Virus record (IMG/VR): IMGVR_UViG_2565956633_000006 | DNA from: a virus | Taxonomy: Duplodnaviria > Heunggongvirae > Uroviricota > Caudoviricetes | Reading direction: 5' to 3' (one strand) | DNA length: 13,400 nt | Shown here: positions 1 through 7,613 of the stretch, in pieces | How the letters are laid out: each line of letters starts with the position of its first letter | How positions within the stretch are numbered: position 1 is the first letter of the stretch | Made by a program: the position numbers and the translations under genes | The notes under the pieces: generated by a model | The model's input: only the letters and a program-made list of their open reading frames with translations | What the model was told of the DNA's origin: nothing | The model's database searches: none

Positions 1-1284
1 TTACAGACTTCTGGAAGGTTGCGCAGCTCTTACAACACGCGGTTGATCTTCCGCGGCGTCTTCCAGCGCACTTAAATCACGGTCTTTCACTTCTGGCATT
101 TTCAGCGCAGAGATTAAACCAATCACTGAATATGCCATGATCATAATGGCGATCGGATACCAGGATTCCGTCATGGTGCAGAAAATACCCGCCAGGATAG
201 GACCAAAACCGGAAGCGATAAGACCACCAATTTCTTTAGAAATAGCCATCCGGGTAAAGCGGTTTTTACAGCCGAACATTTCTGCCATGGTAATATTTTC
301 CAGAGCAAATAATCCCAGCACCGCACAGTTATGAATCACAATCAGTGCAACCATAATGGTGCTCGGGGCATAGCTTTTATCTACGATGATAGAAAGCATT
401 GGCCATGCCAGCACAATCGCGGAGGTATTCATAATAATATACGGGATCCGGCGACCAATTTTATCGGATAACCAACCAAGGAACGGAATGGTCATAAAGC
501 CGAGAATCGAACTGATCATCAATGCATCTGTTGGAATTGCTTTGTTAAACAATAACGTCTGCACTAAATAGCCCGCAAGGAAAGTCTGAATTAAACCTGA
601 GTTACCCGCCTGACCAAAACGCAGCCCTGTTGCCAGCCAGAAGGATTTGCTCTGGAACATGCTACCAGCAGGTGCAGGTTTTGCTGTCGGTTGGTTGCTG
701 TCGTTAACCTTCTCAAAAACCGGGCTTTCTTTCAGATTCATACGCAACCAGATAGCAAAGACCATCACGACAACGCTCGCCAGGAACGGTATACGCCATC
801 CCCACGCCAGCAGTTCCTCTTTACTGAGAATGAAGAACATAAAGGCCCAGATTGCCGTTGCGCTTAAAGTTCCGCAGTTAGTTCCCATAGCCACAAATGA
901 GGAGATAATTCCGCGCTTACCTTTTGGCGCATATTCCGCCAGCATCGTACCGGCACCGGAAATTTCCGCACCTGCACCCAATCCCTGAATAATACGCAGC
1001 GTCACCAGCAAGATAGGGGCAAAAACACCAATCTGTGCATAGGTCGGTAACACACCAATTAAGGTGGTACAGATCCCCATCATGGTGATGGTAATAAAGA
1101 GCACTTTTTTACGCCCTATTCTGTCGCCCATTTTGCCGAAAATAAATGCTCCGACAATACGCGCCACATAACCTGCACCGTAGGTTCCCATTGCCAGAAT
1201 TAACGCCATTGCCGTTGATGATTCAGGAAAAAATATTTCATGAAACACTATCGCTGCGCCGAGCGAATATAACTGGAAATCCAT
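1..1284 (-). CDS. ydfJ: MFS (metabolite:H+ symporter family) transporter, N-terminally truncated at the prophage junction
   Basis: 427-aa ORF with many hydrophobic helices and GRK/R motifs typical of MFS. The product starts at MDFQLYSLG, aligning with the conserved (W)YDF..YG motif of MHS transporters, so about 25 N-terminal residues are missing. ATG at 1282-1284 has no convincing Shine-Dalgarno upstream. Stop at 1-3. Confidence 0.8.
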   Translation of the reverse strand: MDFQLYSLGAAIVFHEIFFPESSTAMALILAMGTYGAGYVARIVGAFIFGKMGDRIGRKKVLFITITMMGICTTLIGVLPTYAQIGVFAPILLVTLRIIQGLGAGAEISGAGTMLAEYAPKGKRGIISSFVAMGTNCGTLSATAIWAFMFFILSKEELLAWGWRIPFLASVVVMVFAIWLRMNLKESPVFEKVNDSNQPTAKPAPAGSMFQSKSFWLATGLRFGQAGNSGLIQTFLAGYLVQTLLFNKAIPTDALMISSILGFMTIPFLGWLSDKIGRRIPYIIMNTSAIVLAWPMLSIIVDKSYAPSTIMVALIVIHNCAVLGLFALENITMAEMFGCKNRFTRMAISKEIGGLIASGFGPILAGIFCTMTESWYPIAIMIMAYSVIGLISALKMPEVKDRDLSALEDAAEDQPRVVRAAQPSRSL

Positions 1285-1888
1285 AATTCACAGGTGTTTT
1301 TTCCCATCCTGTGGTTTCCTTGGCGTTTTCTAGGTTTTTTCAGATAGTTGCATTTTTTAAAAAGCATCCTAAGTTCGATCTCAGTGTCTATCTGGGGCCT
1401 ATTTCTGTCCCATATATGCCCCAAAAAAAACTCCCCAACAGATAAGTAGTTTTTTCATGGATTTATGCGTAAAATCAAGAACGGCTGGAAATCATTCAAT
1501 ACTCACACTATCGAAAAATTTACCAGCCAACCGCAGCACGTTCTTGCATAAGGCGTGTCTGCGGTTTTTCAACTATTCAGATACATCACTCCCATCACAT
1601 TCATTCCTCCGCATCAAAGGCATATAGGCTATATCACCTTGATATTTTTATTTTTCAGATAAAAACTGTTATCTATGTATACTTTTAAACCCAATCCGTG
1701 TAGAGTCTCTGCATAAGATAGTTTGCAGTTGCCGCTTCAGCTTGCGCCATAAACCGCCTGATTTTTGCTGCCACCTGTTAGCATTCCTGTATACCTGAAA
1801 CGACAATGTTTATCTACGAACTTTAAGAACACCCAAGATAAAAATTGTCAACTATATCATATATAACACATTACTAATTCGAGGCTAT

Positions 1889-2002
1889 ATGAACAGCATA
1901 CTGATAATCACATCTCTCCTTATCATATTCAGCATTTTTAGTCATGCCCTAATAAAATTAGGGATTGGCATATCCAATAACCCAGACAAAACCGATGTAT
2001 AA
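1889..2002 (+). CDS. Hypothetical 37-aa hydrophobic small protein ([37 protein letters not shown])
   Basis: ATG at 1889 preceded by GAGG at 1881-1884; single predicted transmembrane helix followed by a polar tail; stop TAA at 2000-2002. Below the ORF-track length cutoff; found by reading the DNA. Confidence 0.25.
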
Positions 2003-2070
2003 GTCAACATATCCTGAATCAGACATACAATATCGCAATGAAAATCAATAATATTTTAAGGAATATCTTC

Positions 2071-2304
2071 ATGAAATCAAAAGACACCCTAAAGTGGTTC
2101 CCTGCGCAGCTTCCTGAAGTAAGAATTATCCTAGGGGATGCTGTAGTGGAAGTAGCAAAACAGGGAAGACCTATCAATACCAGAACATTGCTTGATTACA
2201 TTGAAGGAAACATAAAGAAAAAATCATGGCTGGATAACAAAGAATTATTACAAACAGCGATATCAGTTCTTAAAGACAACCAAAATTTAAATGGTAAAAT
2301 GTAA
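2071..2304 (+). CDS. ydfK: Small prophage protein YdfK (YnaE paralog, cold-shock associated), 77 aa
   Basis: ORF 2038..2304; internal ATG at 2071 (MKSKDTLKWF...) has AAGGA 7 nt upstream, so 2071 is the likely start. Confidence 0.75.
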   Translation: MKSKDTLKWFPAQLPEVRIILGDAVVEVAKQGRPINTRTLLDYIEGNIKKKSWLDNKELLQTAISVLKDNQNLNGKM

Positions 2305-2620
2305 TATAATAAACTTACTTTTTTATCATTTTTCCACTTTAACAACATTTTGCTCCACTTTTCCACGACCAAACAACTTGAAATCTGGTTAAAATAACAC
2401 GCAACACTATTCTTCTTCCTTGAGTCCGCCCGGAACTCGAAAAACAAACCGAGTTAAAGCCATTTTTCACAAAATCGATTTTGGGTCTCACCAAAATTAC
2501 GGGGTTGCATACGCATTCGTTTATTTTCGAACGTGTACATACAAATATGCACAAAAATAATCAAAATTATTTTCTGAGATGCATTATGATATGAACACCA
2601 ATTTCGTATAGAGTCTCACT

Positions 2621-3211
2621 ATGTCTCGAATTTTTGCTTACTGTCGGATATCAACGCTGGATCAGACCACCGAAAATCAACGCCGGGAAATCGAAAGTGC
2701 AGGTTTTAAAATCAAACCTCAGCAAATAATCGAAGAACACATTAGCGGCTCAGCAGCAACCAGTGAGCGTCCTGGTTTTAACCGGTTGCTTGCTCGCCTG
2801 AAATGTGGTGATCAATTGATTGTGACAAAACTGGATCGCCTTGGTTGTAATGCAATGGATATCAGGAAAACAGTGGAACAACTGACCGAAACAGGTATCA
2901 GAGTGCATTGCTTAGCATTGGGGGGCATTGACCTGACCAGTCCAACAGGAAAAATGATGATGCAAGTAATTTCAGCAGTCGCTGAATTTGAACGAGACCT
3001 TTTACTTGAACGCACTCATTCCGGGATAGTAAGAGCCCGGGGCGCAGGGAAACGTTTTGGTCGACCACCTGTGTTAAATGAAGAACAGAAACAGGTGGTA
3101 TTCGAACGAATTAAGTCAGGTGTAAGTATAAGTGCCATTGCCCGGGAATTCAAAACCTCGCGGCAAACCATTTTAAGAGCCAAAGCAAAACTTCAGACAC
3201 CTGACATATAA
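2621..3211 (+). CDS. pinQ: Serine recombinase / DNA invertase (Gin/Hin/Pin family), 196 aa
   Basis: N-terminal [20 protein letters not shown] catalytic-serine motif and C-terminal helix-turn-helix ([23 protein letters not shown]), typical of Pin/Gin/Hin invertases. Confidence 0.95.
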
Positions 3212-3308
3212 AAAATAATCTCGGTGTGAGATGCTTTACGTCTTCCAAGCCACCTTCCTTGCCGTAAATGGAAAGATACATCTAATTATAGAATTTATAT
3301 GTTTTACC

Positions 3309-3884
3309 CTACGGCAGTGCTGGCCATTCAATATCCTGTGCAGTTGACGTATCAACACGGTTCAGCAATACCCGATACTTTTTCCATGCTTCCAGCAACG
3401 AGATTTCTTCCTCCGTTGCAATTTCCAGATCTGCAGCATCCTGAAGCGGCGCAATATGCTCACTGGCTACCTGCATCAGGCTGTTTTTTGTTTCTTCCGC
3501 CTCCCGGATCCGGAACAGTTTTTCTGCTTCCGTATCCTTCACCCAGGCTGTGCCGTTCCACTTCTGATATTCCCCTCCCGGCGATAACCAGGTAACATTT
3601 TCCGGTAACGGACCGAGTTCAGAAATAAATAACGCGTCGCCAGAAGCCACGTCATAAACCGTTTTACCCCGATGATCTTCAACGAGATGCCACGATGCCT
3701 CATCACTGTTGAAAACAGCCACGAAGCCTGCCGGAATATCTGGCGGTGCAATATCGATACTGTTTGCTGGCAGACCTGTATGAGGCGGAATATATGCGTC
3801 ACCTTCACCAATAAATTCATTAGTTCCGGCCAGCAGATTATAAATTTTTATGGTCCGTGGTTGTTCACTCATTCTGAATGCCAT
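3309..3884 (-). CDS. tfaQ: Tail fibre assembly protein (lambda Tfa-like), 191 aa
   Basis: Tfa-family product; start ATG overlaps the stf stop as TAATG at 3882-3886, indicating translational coupling. Confidence 0.9.
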   Translation of the reverse strand: MAFRMSEQPRTIKIYNLLAGTNEFIGEGDAYIPPHTGLPANSIDIAPPDIPAGFVAVFNSDEASWHLVEDHRGKTVYDVASGDALFISELGPLPENVTWLSPGGEYQKWNGTAWVKDTEAEKLFRIREAEETKNSLMQVASEHIAPLQDAADLEIATEEEISLLEAWKKYRVLLNRVDTSTAQDIEWPALP

Positions 3885-4801
3885 TATGCAAGCCTCACAA
3901 TATAGTTAAATGCGATGTTTTTGACGGTGTTTTCCGCGTTACCAGCAGCGTTAACGGTGATGGTATGTCCATGTGAACCAATCGCAACGGAGTGCGTATG
4001 AGCACCAATACCGACAGTATGTGCGTGTGCACCTGCGCTTGCAGCAGTACCCGATACAGAGTGCGTATGAGCGCCTGCAGAAGAAGTGTTAACACTGTAT
4101 TTAGAATAATCAGGTGATCCACTTCCCGGAGCACCACTGGAACCACCTGAAACAAATGTCATCGAATGGGTATGTGCACCGGCTGAAGCAGCCGTACCGC
4201 TAACACTATGGGTATGCGCACCAGTGTTATTCGTGGATTTAGTGCCGTAATCAAACGACGATGTGGTTTTCGTCCCCAAATCCGTACTGGATACGCTGGC
4301 GCTGTGGGTGTGTGATTTAATGCCGTCCTGTTCCTGAGACAATACGGCTCGATCACTGGCGGGCTTGCCCTTAATCGTCCAGCCACGCATATCAGGGATC
4401 ACGCCTGACGGATAAGCGGCTGCAAGTTTCGGGTAAGCAGATTTGTCAAAAGTCTGCCCCTGCATCAGGGCATAACCAGACGGAACGGTATCTGATGGCC
4501 ACGGGATTGGTGCACCGACTGGATAAAACTCTGCAGGAGGATGAGCCGAGGTGTAAAGCTGCGCCCACGGCGACCAGTTTGCGTCGGTCGTATCCCGTCG
4601 TGAACGAATAAATGCCGGAGCATGAGCACCGCTTGTACCACTCCAGCCGATGAGTAACTCACCTTCGCCAACGGCTGTCATCCCTTTCAGGTGAATGATA
4701 TTTCCATACGCTGTTGGATATCCGTTGTTATACACCTCGTATAACTCAAGACCTGTTGCCCCCTGCGTATTGTCTGTCAGCGCGGTTACCCGCGTATCGT
4801 T
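3884..4801 (-). pseudogene. stfQ: Side tail fibre protein, C-terminal fragment (lambda Stf-like)
   Basis: Open frame from the stop at 4802-4804 down to the stop at 3884-3886, with no ATG near the 5' end (first start-like codon is GTG at 4733-4735, without an SD). Product carries repeated GAHTHS...[10 protein letters not shown] His-rich motifs and ends ...[11 protein letters not shown] as in lambda Stf. Confidence 0.85.
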
Positions 4802-4851
4802 TCATCGGCGCGGGCAATGGCAGCATCGAACAGGTTATCGGAATCAGCCAC
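4786..4851 (-). pseudogene. Remnant of lambda FII-like head-tail joining gene (first 21 codons only)
   Basis: GGGAGG followed by GTG GCT GAT TCC GAT AAC CTG TTC GAT GCT GCC ATT GCC CGC GCC GAT GAA ACG ATA CGC GGG TAA, i.e. [21 protein letters not shown], matching the lambda FII N-terminus ([21 protein letters not shown]) as I recall it. Start is GTG here, and the frame stops where the stf-derived sequence begins. Confidence 0.6.
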
Positions 4852-4862
4852 AGCGCCTCCCG

Positions 4863-5258
4863 TTATTGCATTCTGGCCAGGCCATGTTCTGTCATTTCGG
4901 CTGCCACACCGGCAGAGACACGAAACGCCGTTCCCGGCAGCACAAATGCCACAGGCTCATCCCGCGTGGCGTGAAGTGCATCAGTATGCAGCGTCACCAG
5001 TGCCACGACCGTGACCAGAGCAGCCGTATCAATCACGGTATCCGGCTGCGCTGATACCACCTCATTTTCATGTCCGGTCAGCGCATTTTCCGGGCTGACA
5101 GATGTGTCCTGACCGGCAGCGTCATCCGTGTCATCAAGCTCCTCTTCCAGCTCTGCCACACGGAGCACCAGTTCTTCTTTCGTCCCCGTCAGGCTGACAT
5201 CACGGTTCAGTTGCTCACCCAGCACCTGAAGACGGGCAATCAGTTCATCTTTCGTCAT
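4863..5258 (-). CDS. Lambda FI-like DNA packaging protein, 131 aa
   Basis: Product from the internal ATG at 5256-5258 (MTKDELIARLQVLGEQLNRDVSLTGTKEEL...) matches lambda gpFI; strong SD (GGAGGAG) upstream. The longer ORF-track start at 5297 lacks an SD. Confidence 0.85.
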   Translation of the reverse strand: MTKDELIARLQVLGEQLNRDVSLTGTKEELVLRVAELEEELDDTDDAAGQDTSVSPENALTGHENEVVSAQPDTVIDTAALVTVVALVTLHTDALHATRDEPVAFVLPGTAFRVSAGVAAEMTEHGLARMQ

Positions 5259-5279
5259 GGACTCCTCCACAGAGAGAAA

Positions 5280-5297
5280 ATGGCCCCGAAGGGCCAT
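5280..5297 (-). terminator. GC-rich hairpin between the E remnant and FI (ATGGCCC-TTCG-GGGCCAT on the minus strand, then TTTCTCTCT)
   Basis: Perfect 7-bp stem with a 4-nt loop, followed by a U-rich tract on the coding (minus) strand; could act as attenuator or mRNA stabiliser. Confidence 0.35.
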
Positions 5298-5299
5298 GA

Positions 5300-5866
5300 T
5301 TACGCCAGTTGTACGGACACGAACGCATCAGGATCAGCCAGCAGCATCAGCGGTGCTGACTGAATCATGGTGAACTCACGCGCCGGATCGCCGGTGGTCA
5401 CCCAGTTTTTCGGGTAGCGGGCAGAGGCGTTAATACCTTCGCGCTGTGCGTCCGCATCCTGAATGCAGCCATAGGTGCGCAGACCGCGTGCCTGAGTGTT
5501 CCCCAGCACCATCGTGTTGTCCGGCAGGAAGTTCTTTTTGACGTCGTTTTCCACGTACTGTCCGGAATACACGACGATCGCCGTATCGCCATACATCCCC
5601 TTATAGGACACCGCTTCGCCCAGGTCTTTTACCGCTGTCTCCAGCTCGGAATTAGAGCCGCGACGGGTATCCAGCTTCTCCTTGACGGCTTTGAAGGAAC
5701 GGAACAGCGCCCAGCCTTTCGGATCAAACACGATGATATTCACCACGCCGCTGGCGTTCAGCGCGTAGGCTTCGATATCGTCGGTCGGGTCATACGTGGA
5801 CTTGTCACGCTTGCTCCACTCCGTGCCGCCGGACTGCGTGATGTTGTTCGCCGCACTGCGGCCCAT
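5300..5866 (-). pseudogene. Major capsid protein (lambda gpE-like), C-terminal remnant of about 188 codons
   Basis: Product ends ...NTMVLGNTQARGLRTYGCIQDADAQREGINASARYPKNWVTTGDPAREFTMIQSAPLMLLADPDAFVSVQLA, matching the C-terminus of lambda E; the 5' half is absent and replaced by the Nu1-like gene. Confidence 0.85.
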
Positions 5867-6372
5867 ATCAGTTCATCCAGCGCGGCTGCTTTGTTCATGG
5901 CTTTGATGATATCCCGTTTCAGGAAATCAACATGTCGGTTTTCCAGTTCCGGAAAACGCCGCTGCACCGACAGGGGGATCCCGTCGAGAATACTGGCAAT
6001 TTCACCTGCGATCCGCGACAGCACGAAAGTACAGAATGCGGTTTCCACCACTTCAGCGGAGTCTCTGGCATTTTTCAGCTCCTGTGCGTCGGCCTGCGCA
6101 CGCGTAAGTCGATGGCGTTCGTACTCAATAGTCCCTGGCTGGAGATCTGTCTCGCTGGCCTGCCGCAGTTCTTCAACTTCCCGGCGCAGCTTTTCGTTCT
6201 CAATTTCAGCATCCCTTTCGGCATACCATCTTATAACGGCGGCAGAGTCATAAAGCACCTCATTACCCTTGCCACCGCCTCGCAGAACGGGCATTCCCTG
6301 TTCCTGCCAGTTCTGAATGGTACGGATACTCGCACCGAAAATGTCAGCCAGCTGCTTTTTGTTGACTTCCAT
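5758..6372 (-). CDS. nohA: Terminase small subunit Nu1 homolog with altered C-terminus (fusion to out-of-frame capsid-gene sequence)
   Basis: First ~168 aa (MEVNKKQLADIFGASIRTIQNWQEQGMPVLRGGGKGNEVLYDSAAV...) match lambda Nu1 nearly residue for residue; the tail (..WAAVRRTTSRSPAARSGASVTSPRMTRPTISKPTR) is read from E-derived DNA in another frame. Confidence 0.85.
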   Translation of the reverse strand: MEVNKKQLADIFGASIRTIQNWQEQGMPVLRGGGKGNEVLYDSAAVIRWYAERDAEIENEKLRREVEELRQASETDLQPGTIEYERHRLTRAQADAQELKNARDSAEVVETAFCTFVLSRIAGEIASILDGIPLSVQRRFPELENRHVDFLKRDIIKAMNKAAALDELIWAAVRRTTSRSPAARSGASVTSPRMTRPTISKPTR

Positions 6373-6620
6373 TGTTCATTCCACGGCCAAAAACAGAGAA
6401 AGGAAACGACAGAGGCCCAAAAGCTCGTTTTCAGCACCTGTCGTTTCCTTTCTTTTCAGGGGGTATTTTAAATAAAAACATTAAGTTACGACGAAGAAGA
6501 ACGGAAATGCCTTAAACCGGAAAATTTTCATAAATAGCGAAAACCCGCGAGGTCGCCGCCCCGTAACCTGTCGGATCGCCGGAAAGGACCCGCAAAATGA
6601 TAATAATTATCATCTGCATG
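6373..6620 (-). other. Lambda-type cos packaging site (cosN 12-nt cohesive end at 6550..6561, with cosB toward nohA and cosQ on the other side)
   Basis: Reverse complement of 6481-6563 reads GGGGCGGCGACCTCGCGGGTTTTCGCTATTTATGAAAATTTTCCGGTTTAAGGCATTTCCGTTCTTCTTCGTCGTAACTTAA, nearly identical to the lambda left end as I recall it, including cohesive end GGGCGGCGACCT. Confidence 0.8.
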
Positions 6621-6760
6621 TCACAACGTGCATCTACGCCATCAAACCACGTCAAATAATCAATTATGACGCAGATATCGTATTAATTGATCTGCATCAA
6701 CTTAACGTAAAAACAACTTCAGACAATACAAATCAGCGACACTGAATACGGGACAACCTC

Positions 6761-6994
6761 ATGTCAACGAAGAACAGAACCCGCAGAACAACAACCCGCA
6801 ACATCCGCTTTCCTAACCAAATGATTGAACAAATTAACATCGCTCTTGAGCAAAAAGGGTCCGGGAATTTCTCAGCCTGGGTCATTGAAGCCTGCCGCCG
6901 GAGACTGTGCTCAGAAAAAAGAGTTTCTTCTGAAGCAAACAAAGAAAAGAGTGACATTACTGAATTGCTCAGAAAACAGGTCAGACCAGATTGA
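6761..6994 (+). CDS. ynfO: Small ribbon-helix-helix-like protein, 77 aa (lambda right-end ORF homolog)
   Basis: Basic N-terminus (MSTKNRTRRTTTRN) followed by IRFPNQMIEQINIALEQKGSGNFSAWVIEACRRRL, which has the beta-strand/helix/helix pattern of RHH (Arc/CopG) DNA-binding domains; sits beside cos as in lambda. Confidence 0.75.
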   Translation: MSTKNRTRRTTTRNIRFPNQMIEQINIALEQKGSGNFSAWVIEACRRRLCSEKRVSSEANKEKSDITELLRKQVRPD

Positions 6995-7051
6995 AGCAAT
7001 TTAGATAATCGTGCAGACTACGCCCCCTCATATCACATGGAAGGTTTATCT

Positions 7052-7462
7052 ATGGATCAGGTAGTCATTTTTAAACAAATATTTGATAAAGTTCGAAACG
7101 ATTTAAACTATCAATGGTTTTATTCTGAGCTAAAACGTCACAATGTCTCACATTACATTTACTATTTAGCCACAGAGAATGTTCATATTGTATTAAAAAA
7201 TGATAATACAGTGTTATTAAAGGGCCTAAAAAACATTGTGTCTGTCAAATTTTCAAAGGATAGGCATCTTATAGAAACGACCTCTAATAAGCTGAAATCC
7301 AGAGAGATCACATTTCAGGAATACAGAAGAAACCTTGCTAAAGCAGGAGTTTTTCGGTGGGTTACAAATATCCACGAACAAAAAAGATATTACTATACCT
7401 TTGATAATTCATTACTATTTACTGAAAGCATCCAGAAAACTACACAGATCTTACCACGCTAA
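7052..7462 (+). CDS. ydfO: DUF1398-family protein (YbcV/YdfO family), 136 aa
   Basis: ORF 7037..7462; second ATG at 7052 ([14 protein letters not shown]...) has GGAAGG 7 nt upstream and is the likely start. Confidence 0.8.
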
Positions 7463-7470
7463 ACCATAAC

Positions 7471-7499
7471 GTCCGGCTTCTCTCACTCCTGAGCCGGAC
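7471..7499 (+). terminator. Hairpin downstream of ydfO (GTCCGGCT ... AGCCGGAC)
   Basis: 8-bp GC-rich inverted repeat with a 13-nt loop, 9 nt after the ydfO stop; no clean U-tract, so function uncertain. Confidence 0.3.
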
Positions 7500-7613
7500 T
7501 GCATTGGTTTAATAAAAACCATCAACAATTGTGATTTAGATATTCGGAACCATTCAAATATAACAAAACCCCGTAAAAACGAGGTTTATGGATAAATTTT
7601 ATTATTGAATACA

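Noticed and set aside
137-988. Three plus-strand ORFs (137..334, 386..571, 647..988)
   Set aside because: All lie antisense within the well-supported transporter gene, have no convincing SD and no recognisable motifs; likely chance open frames.
1681-1706. Sequence ACTTTTAAACCCAATCC as a Gin/Hin-type crossover half-site
   Set aside because: The left half loosely resembles the AAACC core of hix/gix sites, but the right half shows no dyad symmetry; kept only as the weak repeat noted in findings.
2196-2554. Minus-strand ORFs 2196..2447 and 2339..2554 between ydfK and pinQ
   Set aside because: Low-complexity products from AT-rich spacer, one overlapping ydfK antisense; no SD; more likely promoter or spacer DNA.
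2812-3015. Minus-strand ORF inside pinQ
   Set aside because: Antisense to a confidently called recombinase gene.
3299-3905. ORFs 3299..3595 (+), 3539..3820 (-) and 3672..3905 (+) overlapping tfaQ
   Set aside because: Alternative frames or antisense of the tail-fibre assembly gene; no independent support.
3895-5054. Several ORFs in other frames across the stf and FI region (3895..4155, 4159..4386, 4465..4671, 4695..5054, 4714..4974, 4817..5014)
   Set aside because: Region is GC-rich and repeat-rich, so long spurious frames are expected; the stf and FI frames are the ones with homology.
5070-5592. ORFs 5070..5363 (+) and 5398..5592 (-) overlapping the FI and capsid-remnant frames
   Set aside because: Antisense or alternative frame of sequences with clear lambda homology.
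5891-6471. Plus-strand ORFs 5891..6253 and 5932..6471, and minus-strand ORF 6231..6437
   Set aside because: Overlap the Nu1-like gene and the cos region; cos/cosB is a non-coding packaging site in lambda.
6733-6999. Minus-strand ORF antisense to the RHH-like gene
   Set aside because: The plus-strand frame matches the lambda right-end ORF; the antisense frame has no features.
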